64,000 nucleotides of DNA, from the NCBI GenBank assembly GCA_022449545.1, contig JAKUPN010000009.1, positions 6,764 through 70,763 on the forward strand, given 5' to 3'. A program made the translations under genes and the position numbers. Under the pieces are notes generated by a model that was not told the DNA's origin, made no database searches, and saw only the letters and a program-made list of their open reading frames with translations. This document shows positions 20,422-29,371 of this stretch, piece after piece. Numbering within the stretch: position 1 is the stretch's first letter; each line of letters opens with the position of its first letter. This DNA is from Alphaproteobacteria bacterium. Its GTDB lineage: Bacteria; Pseudomonadota; Alphaproteobacteria; UBA6615.

Positions 20422-21309
20422 ATGACTAATTCCTGGGCAAATGAACCAAATGGACACTTACTTATAGATGCGGAGTGGCTCAATAATCACATTGACGACC
20501 CGAATTTACGCATATTTGACTGCACAACTCGTTTAATCCCTGACGATAAATTAGGCTACCGTATCGAGGACGCTCGCGACAACTGGGCTGCAGGCCATAT
20601 ACGTGGCTCTGGATACCTCAACTGCCAAAGCGATATGTGTGATACCAATAGCAAATTTCGATTCATGCTATCCGCCCCTCATGAATTTGCTAGATCAGTT
20701 GGCTCGCTAGGAATAGGTGATAATACAAAAGTGGTCTTGTATAGTACCGCGGAGTTGTTTTGGTCTACGCGAGCTTGGTGGGCTCTCTATGCAAACGGTT
20801 TTGATAATGCAGTCATTTTAAATGGTGGATTACAAGAATGGATTAATTTGGGACATCCAATTAGCACAGATCCGTGCACATATCCTGAAACTACGTTTAC
20901 CCCAAAGAGACGGAATGAAGTCATCGTAGATAAAAACCAAGTTCTTTCATCCATAGGTGATCAAAAAATATGCCTTATAAATGCTTTAAGTGAAGAACAG
21001 TATCGGGGCACAGGTGGAATGGTTTTCGGTCGCCCGGGACATATTCCTGGTTCAGGTAATGCTCCATATTCTGCTCTAGCAAACTTCTCAACGGGCACCC
21101 TAAATGATCCTGATACAGTTAAGAGCACGCTTGAAAAATCAGGAGCTATAAAAGACGACAAAATCGTTAATTATTGCGGCGGCGGCATTTCAGCCACTAT
21201 TGGTTTTTTTGCCCAAAAACTTTTAGGTTATGAGAACATCGCTTTGTACGATGCATCTATGCAAGAATGGGGTTTCGACAAAACGCTACCAATTGAGACC
21301 AGCAAATAA
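20422..21309 (+). CDS. Two-domain rhodanese / sulfurtransferase (SseA-like)
   Basis: GHIRGS, LNGGLQEW, GHIPGS, active-site YCGGGISA, YDASMQEW. Confidence 0.92.
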   Translation: MTNSWANEPNGHLLIDAEWLNNHIDDPNLRIFDCTTRLIPDDKLGYRIEDARDNWAAGHIRGSGYLNCQSDMCDTNSKFRFMLSAPHEFARSVGSLGIGDNTKVVLYSTAELFWSTRAWWALYANGFDNAVILNGGLQEWINLGHPISTDPCTYPETTFTPKRRNEVIVDKNQVLSSIGDQKICLINALSEEQYRGTGGMVFGRPGHIPGSGNAPYSALANFSTGTLNDPDTVKSTLEKSGAIKDDKIVNYCGGGISATIGFFAQKLLGYENIALYDASMQEWGFDKTLPIETSK

Positions 21310-21375
21310 ATAGTTAGAAATATAATATAAAATTACTCTTAAAAAGAGAGATTCATAACGAAATGGTTCATTAAA

Positions 21376-22332
21376 ATGTCTCTACCAAATTCATTTCTTA
21401 ATCGTTTATCTCTACCCGTGGTTGCTGCTCCAATGTTTCTTGTATCAGGCCCTGAAATAGTTATCTCATGTTGTAAAGCTGGAATAGTAGGAACTTTTCC
21501 TGCCCTTAATCAACGATCAACTGAAGGACTGAATGAATGGATAGAGCAAATTAAAGATTCGACAGACGATAATGATGCACCATTCGGAATTAATTTAATT
21601 GTTCATAAAACTAATCCACGCGTTGAAGCAGACCTTCAATCTTGTGTTCATCACAAAGTACCGCTGATTATAACTTCATTGGGAGCGGTCGCAGATTTAG
21701 TTGATGAAGTGCATTCCTATGGAGGGCTTGTGTTTCATGACGTAACCACTGTTCGTCATGCCCAAAAAGCGACAGAAGCAGGTTGTGACGGATTAATACT
21801 TGTTTGCGCCGGAGCAGGAGGACACGCTGGAATATTAAGTCCGTTCGCCCTACTGCCTGAAATAAGAAAATTCTTTGAAGGAACAATATTACTTGCTGGA
21901 TCACTTTCAGATGGTCGTTCCATTGCAGCAGCTCAAATGCTAGGTGCTGACCTAGCCTATTTAGGGACCAGATTTATAGCCACAAAAGAAAGTCATGCAG
22001 CAGAAAAGTTTAAACAAATGATAGTGGCTAGCTCTGCAAAAGACATCATTCATACCCCTGCTATATCCGGAATACCCGGAAGCTTTCTTAGGCCTAGCAT
22101 CGTAGCCGCAGGTTTCAATCCAGACCAGCTTCCTGAGAAAGGCACAGATCAGGCTGAGTTTGGAGACAATATGCAAGAGGAACGAAAAGCCTGGCGAGAT
22201 GTTTGGTCAGCAGGACAAGGCGTAGGCCAAATAGATGATATCTTAAATGTAGCCGAACTAGTTAAAAAACTTAAATCAGAATACAGACAAAGTATCGCAG
22301 ACTTCGATCTGACTATTTCAAATTACAGTTAA
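21376..22332 (+). CDS. Nitronate monooxygenase family FMN-dependent oxidoreductase
   Basis: APMFLVS, GAGGHAG, GTRFIAT, WSAGQGVG. Confidence 0.9.
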   Translation: MSLPNSFLNRLSLPVVAAPMFLVSGPEIVISCCKAGIVGTFPALNQRSTEGLNEWIEQIKDSTDDNDAPFGINLIVHKTNPRVEADLQSCVHHKVPLIITSLGAVADLVDEVHSYGGLVFHDVTTVRHAQKATEAGCDGLILVCAGAGGHAGILSPFALLPEIRKFFEGTILLAGSLSDGRSIAAAQMLGADLAYLGTRFIATKESHAAEKFKQMIVASSAKDIIHTPAISGIPGSFLRPSIVAAGFNPDQLPEKGTDQAEFGDNMQEERKAWRDVWSAGQGVGQIDDILNVAELVKKLKSEYRQSIADFDLTISNYS

Positions 22333-22384
22333 TTGAATTATTAAAACCTAACTATTATATTTTAATTTTTTGAAGCTTTAGTAT

Positions 22385-23041
22385 TTATTTTTCTGGAGGA
22401 ACTTCATTTGGGTGCAGTTTGTCAGGCTGTAAATAAGGAGCTGTCATTTCAAATATTTCTTGAGTTCTGCAATACCTAGGACCACCTAAGCGTCCAACTG
22501 GAGCTAGTTTATAAGGGTCTATATATTTATCCTCAATAATTAAATCTTCTCGAACATGCCAACAGAGTATTTTACCAATAACTAGATGCGTAACCCAGTC
22601 ACTTCCAAAATCTATAATTCTATCAAACTCACATTCCATAGCTACCGGTGCATTGGCAATACGAAAAGCGTCAACGAAGTCAGATGATACTGTTTCCAGA
22701 TTTCCTTTTGAAAACTCATCCTCATCAGGAGAAAAGTTTGCTGAAGTTGCGTTCATTTTTTCTTCCCAGCCATTCACAACTGTATGAATAACATACCCTT
22801 TCGTATCAGTAATATTCTTCGCTGTATCCTTCATACGACGCTCTCTTTCACCAACCGAAATAGATACCATTGGTGGATAATGAGATACCATTGTAAAAAA
22901 ACTAAACGGAGCTAGATTAGGAACACCTTTATTACTAATAGAACTAACCCAAGCAATGGGTCTAGGAACAATAGAACCAATCAACATGCGATACGCCTGT
23001 TGATGATCAATCATGTCAGCCTTAAACGTACGATAACTCAT
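22385..23041 (-). CDS. Flavin reductase-like FMN-binding protein; start ATG 23041 overlaps the upstream TGA (ATGA)
   Basis: VPRPIAWVSS, NLAPFSFF, KDT, GRLGG. Confidence 0.9.
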   Translation of the reverse strand: MSYRTFKADMIDHQQAYRMLIGSIVPRPIAWVSSISNKGVPNLAPFSFFTMVSHYPPMVSISVGERERRMKDTAKNITDTKGYVIHTVVNGWEEKMNATSANFSPDEDEFSKGNLETVSSDFVDAFRIANAPVAMECEFDRIIDFGSDWVTHLVIGKILCWHVREDLIIEDKYIDPYKLAPVGRLGGPRYCRTQEIFEMTAPYLQPDKLHPNEVPPEK

Positions 23042-23691
23042 TTTACTTCCCACCCATTAATTTCTAATGTCGTTATACCCTTACGTAACTCTTTCATCAT
23101 CTCCAGTTCACGAGCATCTCGATCTTTTGCTGAAGTAATCACTTCTTTTATTCTGTCATTAGGTATGACTACAACTCCATCGAAATCTCCTATCACTAAA
23201 TCACCTGCCTCGACAATTACATCCCCAATTGGCAGTGATTCTGCTATAGCACCCTTAAATTCTGGATTTTTTTCAGTTCCTCGCATACAAGTACCCCTTG
23301 AAAAAACTGGAAAACCCATTTCAATCATTGCCTTTCCATCTCGAACACAACCATTAATGACCAAACCAGCGACACCTCGTGATTGAGCAGATACAGACAT
23401 AACTTCTCCCCAATAACCTGCCTCATAAAATCCGCTCATATCAGCCACCAAAATATCGCCTGGACGAGCTTCAGCTAAAGCATAATGTAGCCATAAATTA
23501 TCTCCTGGCGCCCCTTTAACAGTAAAAGCAGGGCCACACAAACCTAACGAAGAATTCAGAGGTTTTATTGCGGATGGTAATGATCCAATTTTTCCAGCGG
23601 CTTCATGAATTGACGAAGTAGAAATTGATCTCGCTTCATCAATTATTTCTGGAGTCGGTCGTTTAAAGTCTGTAGAAAAAATACTACCCAT
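23038..23691 (-). CDS. RraA/HMG-CHA aldolase family (LigK/GalC-like 4-hydroxy-4-methyl-2-oxoglutarate aldolase)
   Basis: GPAFTV, GDNLWLH, YWGEVM, GCVRD, GDLVIGDFDGVVV. Confidence 0.88.
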   Translation of the reverse strand: MGSIFSTDFKRPTPEIIDEARSISTSSIHEAAGKIGSLPSAIKPLNSSLGLCGPAFTVKGAPGDNLWLHYALAEARPGDILVADMSGFYEAGYWGEVMSVSAQSRGVAGLVINGCVRDGKAMIEMGFPVFSRGTCMRGTEKNPEFKGAIAESLPIGDVIVEAGDLVIGDFDGVVVIPNDRIKEVITSAKDRDARELEMMKELRKGITTLEINGWEVK

Positions 23692-23825
23692 TTCTCAATT
23701 CCTATTCGTGTTCTGAAATATTACTTAGTACATTTTTAAAATTTCCGTTCTTTAAAGCAATTATCTACTATGCTCTATAAGAAAACTGTTAACTTATCTT
23801 AAACTTAAACCTCGGACTATAAAAC

Positions 23826-25055
23826 ATGACTGGCATACTATCTGGACTACGTATAATAGAAGGTTCAGCCTTCGTTGCCGCCCCTCTTTGCGGAATGACC
23901 ATTGCACAAATGGGGGCAGATGTAATTCGCTTTGATCTCCCAAGCGGAGGAATAGATTATCGTCGATGGCCAAAATCAGATAATGGAACAAGTATCTATT
24001 GGGCAAGTATGAATAAGGGAAAAAGATCTTTAGCTGTCGATTTTCGTCGTCCAGAAGGACAAGAGTTATTAACAGAACTTATTACTGCCCCAGGTAAAGA
24101 AAACGGTATTTTATCTACAAATTTTCCAATGAGAGACTGGCTTGATTATGAGACTTTAAAGAAAAGACGAGCCGATCTGATAGCCATGAATATAATTGGC
24201 AACCCTGATGAAAGTGTAGCTGTCGACTATACTGTGAACGCAGCGGTGGGTTTTCCTTTAGTAACAGGTTCAGGTAACAATAAAAGTCCTGTAAATCATG
24301 TTTTTCCTGGGTGGGACGTAGCCACAGGGTATGCGGCTGCGATGGGTGTTTTAGCTGCTGAGAGATATCGAAACAGAACTGGCAAAGGCCAACAAATAAA
24401 GCTTTCTCTTTCAGATGTTGCCTTCTCAACTGTTGGTAACCTTGGATATATTGGGGAAGTCCAAATTAATAAAGAAGAACGACCAAATATTGGAAACAGC
24501 ATATATGGAAGTTACGGCGAGGATTTTGCTACAAAGGACGGGCGAAGGGTAATGATTATTGCTGTGTCTGTTTCACAATGGAGGAAACTATTAGATGCTA
24601 CTGAGTGTCACGATTCCATAAGCAATGTTGAAAAAGAGATGGGTCTAGACTTCAACCTAGAAGAACATCGATTTGAAGCACGCAGAGAAATAGGAAGTAT
24701 TATTGGTCCTTGGTGTAAGAGTCGTAACCTTAGTGATATACGCAAGATTTTTGAGGAAAATAACGTCTGCTGGGGACCATTCCAAAGTTTCAGTCAAATG
24801 GTAAATGAAGATCCCAGATGTTCTACAAAAAATCCTTTATTTGCCGAAATGGACCAGCCCGGGTTGGGAAAATATTTAATTCCAAGGATCCCTCATCAAT
24901 TCAGTGAAATCGAGCATAAACATACAAGAGCTCCTCGATTAGGAGAGCACACAATCCAGATACTTGCTGACGAAATCGGTCTGAGTCAGAGTAAGATTGG
25001 TGAACTACATGATTCAGGGATTATATATGAAGCAGAAAATGAAAAAAAACGCTAA
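23826..25055 (+). CDS. mct: Mesaconyl-CoA C1-C4 CoA transferase (2-methylfumaryl-CoA isomerase), family III CoA transferase
   Basis: GILSGLRIIEGSAFVAAPLCGMTIAQMGADVIRFD..GGIDYRRWP, TNFP, VDYTVN and NHVFPGWD match my recollection of Chloroflexus Mct rather than generic CaiB; adjacent to meh. Confidence 0.85.
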   Translation: MTGILSGLRIIEGSAFVAAPLCGMTIAQMGADVIRFDLPSGGIDYRRWPKSDNGTSIYWASMNKGKRSLAVDFRRPEGQELLTELITAPGKENGILSTNFPMRDWLDYETLKKRRADLIAMNIIGNPDESVAVDYTVNAAVGFPLVTGSGNNKSPVNHVFPGWDVATGYAAAMGVLAAERYRNRTGKGQQIKLSLSDVAFSTVGNLGYIGEVQINKEERPNIGNSIYGSYGEDFATKDGRRVMIIAVSVSQWRKLLDATECHDSISNVEKEMGLDFNLEEHRFEARREIGSIIGPWCKSRNLSDIRKIFEENNVCWGPFQSFSQMVNEDPRCSTKNPLFAEMDQPGLGKYLIPRIPHQFSEIEHKHTRAPRLGEHTIQILADEIGLSQSKIGELHDSGIIYEAENEKKR

Positions 25056-25890
25056 AATAAGTTATGGTGACTGGACACCATATGTAGAGAGTTCAACAGA
25101 ACAAATTGACCTAACTCAGGTCAGAAAACTCGCAGGGGTTCTAAATATTGATGAGACCGCTTTTGAGGTTGAAAACGATCTCCCTCCTATGTGGCATTGG
25201 TTGTTCTTTTTACATCGCGCAGCCACAGAAAATATTGGGGAAGATGGGCATCCAAAACGGGGAGGCTTTTTCCCGCCTATTGAACTACAGAGACGCATGT
25301 TTGCAGGAGAACAAATCATTTTTCACTCTCCACTAAAAATAGGACTTCCAGCTACTCGCACTGGAACAATAATCAACCTAGAAAAAAAAGTAGGACGAAA
25401 AGGGCCCATGATCCTTTTGAGCGCCCATTACCAGATTAAACAGAATGAAGTACTTTGCATCGAAGACACTCATAACATTGTTTACTTAGATAATAATGAT
25501 CCTACTCCGACGCCTGGGGGAGATTCTTATGTGCCCCCAAACAATAAATGGTATAAGAAACACAAAGCAGATCCAGTATTTTTATTCCGCTACTCTGCTC
25601 TAAGTTTTAACAGTCATAGAATACACTATGATAGAGATTATGCAGTTAATGTAGAAAAGTACCCGGGACTTATAGTCCATGGTCCACTTACCGCACTTTT
25701 ATTATCTGAACTTGTAAGGTCTAAAATAAATAAACCGATGAAGTCATTTAGTTTTCGTGGTCAGGCACCCATATTTGAACCTTGGCCCTTTTATGCAATA
25801 GGAACTCCCTCAAAAGATGGCGAAATCAATCTTGAGGCCGTTCGTAATGACTCGGTCGTCGCTATGACAGCAACAGCCAAATTTGATTAG
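25039..25890 (+). CDS. meh: Mesaconyl-C4-CoA hydratase (double hot-dog, Meh/Ich family); likely start ATG 25039
   Basis: LPPMWHWLFF, DGHPKRGGFFPP, RRMFAG, LFRYSALSFNSHRIHYD, VHGPL. Confidence 0.82.
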   Translation: MKKNAKISYGDWTPYVESSTEQIDLTQVRKLAGVLNIDETAFEVENDLPPMWHWLFFLHRAATENIGEDGHPKRGGFFPPIELQRRMFAGEQIIFHSPLKIGLPATRTGTIINLEKKVGRKGPMILLSAHYQIKQNEVLCIEDTHNIVYLDNNDPTPTPGGDSYVPPNNKWYKKHKADPVFLFRYSALSFNSHRIHYDRDYAVNVEKYPGLIVHGPLTALLLSELVRSKINKPMKSFSFRGQAPIFEPWPFYAIGTPSKDGEINLEAVRNDSVVAMTATAKFD

Positions 25891-25899
25891 GTAATAATA

Positions 25900-27585
25900 A
25901 TGATTATTTCCCAGCATTCTCTCAATCCAATTGAATCAAAATTGGCACTAAAATTATGTCAAGAGGCAATGGTTTCTGCTGAGTCACATTTGCAGAATTT
26001 AAAATCATCAACAAGTGGTCTGGCTACTAAAGGTGGTAAAATTGATTCTGAATTTCTTCTAAGCAATCAATATGCAGTGCACGGATTTGCTTGGATGGCA
26101 ACCTATATCATTGCCTTAAAGCAATTATTATCTTGGGCAGAAAAGCTTAGTTCCGATGAACGATTAGGAGATTTGGAAACTTTAATTTTACAATGTGGTT
26201 TTGGCGGCTACTTGAAGCAGTTACGTCATGGAATCGCCATGAGCCAAGATGAGTTTGCTAGACCTGGTGATCTTGGGATTGAAAGGACTGAGGATTTATA
26301 TACCTCCACTATAGATCAGCTTATCAGTCAAGGAGATAGTATCTATGTCAGGTCGCAAATCGCTAAAATTCTCTGTGAAAATATTGGCACAGGTAATTTT
26401 GGAGCCCTAGGATTAAACGAAACTTACACTATAATTCGTGAACAGTTTTCTAGATTCTCTGATGATCGAATAGCACCAGCTGCTCAGAGATGGCATATTA
26501 ATGATGAATTGATTCCGTTAGAAATAATTGAAGAAATGAGTGATTTAGGCGTTTTTGGTCTCACGCTCCCTGAAGAGTATCAAGGACTGGGAATGGATAA
26601 AGTATCTATGTGCGTTGTTACCGAAGAATTATCACGTGGATACATAGGTGTGGGTTCCTTAAGTACTAGATCAGAAATTGCAGCAGAGCTTATTAGGTTT
26701 AACGGTACTGGCGAACAAAAAGAACATTATTTAGCAGCAATATCTTCTGGAAAAATTCTTCCCACCGCAGTTTTTACGGAGCCGAACCATGGTTCAGATT
26801 TAGCTCACATAAGAACACGCGCAGAACGAAATGGTAATTCTTACGTGATAACGGGAAATAAAATATGGATTACACATGGAGCGCGATCGGATCTAATGAC
26901 ATTACTTGCTCGAACCAATGCTGACGATTCAGGGTATGGCGGACTAAGCATGTTTTTAGCCGAAAAACCCAGAGGAAGCATTGAAAATCCCTTCCCGGCT
27001 AAAGGAATGAGTGGAAGTGAAATTAAAGTCCTCGGGTATAGAGGAATGAAAGAATATGAAATTGCCTTCGACGGATTTGAAATTAGTAAAACTTCTCTTT
27101 TAGGGGGAGCTGAAGGAAATGGTTTTAAGCAGCTTATGTCTAGCTTTGAAACTGCACGTATTCAAACTGCTGCTCGAGCAGTTGGCGTAGCACAGAATGC
27201 GTTAGAGTTATCATTGAAATATGCAAATGATCGATCTCAGTTTGGCAGTAGTATAGTGAACTTTGACCGTGTTGCAGGAAAAATAGGTTGGATGGCAGTA
27301 GAAACTATGATTGTTCGACAATTGACTTACTTTGCTGCTCGTCAGAGAGACGCTGACCAAAGATGTGACATAGAAGCAGGTATGGCAAAATTATTGGCTG
27401 CCAGAGTTGCATGGTCAAATGCAGATAATGGCCTCCAAATACACGGTGGTAATGGTTACGGAGAAGAGTTTGTTATTTCTAGGTTACTTTGTGATGCTCG
27501 TATTCTAAATATATTTGAAGGTGCCGCTGAAATTCAAGCTGGCATCATTGCTCGTGGACTTCTTAATCGTCCGAATAGGCCGTAA
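25900..27585 (+). CDS. mcd: (2S)-methylsuccinyl-CoA dehydrogenase
   Basis: 561-aa ACAD with N-terminal extension (HGFAWMATY), EELSRGYIGVGSLSTRSEIA, LPTAVFTEPN, GSEIKVLGYRGMKEY, ILNIFEGAAEIQ; these are Mcd-type signatures. Confidence 0.88.
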   Translation: MIISQHSLNPIESKLALKLCQEAMVSAESHLQNLKSSTSGLATKGGKIDSEFLLSNQYAVHGFAWMATYIIALKQLLSWAEKLSSDERLGDLETLILQCGFGGYLKQLRHGIAMSQDEFARPGDLGIERTEDLYTSTIDQLISQGDSIYVRSQIAKILCENIGTGNFGALGLNETYTIIREQFSRFSDDRIAPAAQRWHINDELIPLEIIEEMSDLGVFGLTLPEEYQGLGMDKVSMCVVTEELSRGYIGVGSLSTRSEIAAELIRFNGTGEQKEHYLAAISSGKILPTAVFTEPNHGSDLAHIRTRAERNGNSYVITGNKIWITHGARSDLMTLLARTNADDSGYGGLSMFLAEKPRGSIENPFPAKGMSGSEIKVLGYRGMKEYEIAFDGFEISKTSLLGGAEGNGFKQLMSSFETARIQTAARAVGVAQNALELSLKYANDRSQFGSSIVNFDRVAGKIGWMAVETMIVRQLTYFAARQRDADQRCDIEAGMAKLLAARVAWSNADNGLQIHGGNGYGEEFVISRLLCDARILNIFEGAAEIQAGIIARGLLNRPNRP

Positions 27586-27597
27586 TGAATCATTATT

Positions 27598-28398
27598 ATG
27601 AATAAGACCGAAATATTAATTTTTGATACAGTTACCAAACTAGGACCTGAATCCTCTAAGAATGTTGTAATAGCTGGATCACACGGTGGTGTATACGCCG
27701 GCTTTGAAGCCGCCACTGCACAAGTTCGTGGCATTATACTTCATGACGCTGGAGTAGGTCTCGATAATGCGGGAATTGGATCTTTAAAATATTTAGATAA
27801 ATTAGAAATAGCAGCTGCAGTTGTAGACTACCGCACAGCAGTTATTGGTGATGGTCAAAGTCTAGCTAATAACGGTAGAATCAGTTTTGTAAATAATGCC
27901 GCCGCAAAATCAGGATGTGCCGTTGGTCAAACCTCAATAGAATGTGCAAATGAAATGAAATTATCTCCTTTTATTTCAATGCCAGTGCCAGTTTATGAAG
28001 AAGCGCGTTTTACTATTCGAGATGGAAGTGATGGGATTATAGTAAGAGGATGCGATTCAGTTTCTTTAGTAAAAGAAGAAGATGAAGATACAGTGGTCAT
28101 AACTGCATCACATGGTGAAGTTCTTGCATCCTCACCAACGTGGGGAAACCGTCCTTTGGTTTTAGCAGCTGTGTTCAACGATGCTGGCTCTAATTCGGTT
28201 AGCCGCTTACCAGACCTGGACAAGCTAGGCATCCCGGCTGCCACGGTTTCATATTCAAGCGCAAAGATTGGCGATGCGAGATCAACATATAATGATGGTA
28301 TAATCTCTCATTTTAATGAGAGTGCTATAGATTTAAATCTCAAAGTTGGTATGACTACTATCGAATTTGTCGACGAGATTAATAAAAATACTAGCTAA
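27598..28398 (+). CDS. Conserved-looking hypothetical protein made of two tandem homologous domains
   Basis: Both halves carry SHG...(H/N)DAG...LDKL.I.AA.V.Y..A.IGD...G.IS..N..A...VG.T.IE; 12 nt downstream of mcd. Confidence 0.8.
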   Translation: MNKTEILIFDTVTKLGPESSKNVVIAGSHGGVYAGFEAATAQVRGIILHDAGVGLDNAGIGSLKYLDKLEIAAAVVDYRTAVIGDGQSLANNGRISFVNNAAAKSGCAVGQTSIECANEMKLSPFISMPVPVYEEARFTIRDGSDGIIVRGCDSVSLVKEEDEDTVVITASHGEVLASSPTWGNRPLVLAAVFNDAGSNSVSRLPDLDKLGIPAATVSYSSAKIGDARSTYNDGIISHFNESAIDLNLKVGMTTIEFVDEINKNTS

Positions 28399-29371
28399 AG
28401 AATGATTTTGATTTATTTATTATTTGTTCTTCAGATATCATATATTCAGCCTCGAGAGGTATTGAAAAAGGTATAGGGATACGAGCCCCACCCATACGCT
28501 TCACAGGTGCTTTGAGTATATTGAATAAATGTTCGCTTACTTCCGAAGAAATTTCACCGCCGAATCCACCTACCTTCACTGCCTCATGCACAATCATGAG
28601 TCGGCCTGTTTTTTTAACTGAATTAAAAACGGAATCTTTATCCCAAGGCCATAGTGTCCTTAAATCAATCACTTCAACAGATATACCTTCATCAGCAAGG
28701 CTTAAAGCGGCCTTCTTGACAACGTTAACCATAGCGGACCAGGTTACGATTGTAAGATCACTGCCAGTAAGTACTTTTCTAGCTATGCCTAGAGGAATAG
28801 GATCTTAATCATTTTATTCACCTTCTCCTTCAGCACCCCATAACCCTTTGTGCTCCATATAAACAACGGGATCGTCACAACGAATTGCAGCCTTAAGCAA
28901 ACCACGATTATCAGCAGGAGTTGCTGGCGTTACAACTACTAGACCTGGTACGTGTGTGTACCAAGCCTCGGGAGACTGGGAGTGTTGAGCGGCTATGCCA
29001 CCCCGAATACCTATGGGCATACGAGCGATCATTGGAACTCTCGCCTGCCCTCCAAACATATAACGAGCTTTAGCAGCCTGATTAACCAGTTCATCGACCG
29101 CACACATTGCAAAGTCAGAAAAGCGTAACTCAGCAATAGGACGGGTACCAGCCAGAGCAGCACCAATTGCCGCCCCCATAATAGTTGCTTCCGAAATTGG
29201 TGTATCGACAATTCTATCAGCGCCAAATTCAGCCTGTAGATCTTTATATTGTCCACCCATACCACCTTCAAATCCTAAATCTTCTCCCAAAGCCCAGACG
29301 GTAGAATCACGTTCCATCTCCTCTTTAAGAGCTAGCCTTGCGGCTTCGGCATAAGTCATCTTTGTCATCAA
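28391..29371 (-). pseudogene. 2-oxoacid/acetoin dehydrogenase E1 beta subunit interrupted by two in-frame TAA codons (pseudogene or sequence error)
   Basis: The two track ORFs are in one frame: ...WGAEGEGE*ND*DPIPLGIARKVLTGSDLTIVTWSAMV...; stops at 28814-28816 and 28805-28807; DTPISE, AQHSQS, EVIDLRTL motifs. Confidence 0.8.

Noticed and set aside
23826-27585. Autotrophic 3-hydroxypropionate bicycle
   Set aside because: No malonyl-CoA reductase, propionyl-CoA synthase, Mch or Mcl in the window; mct and meh alone do not indicate autotrophy.
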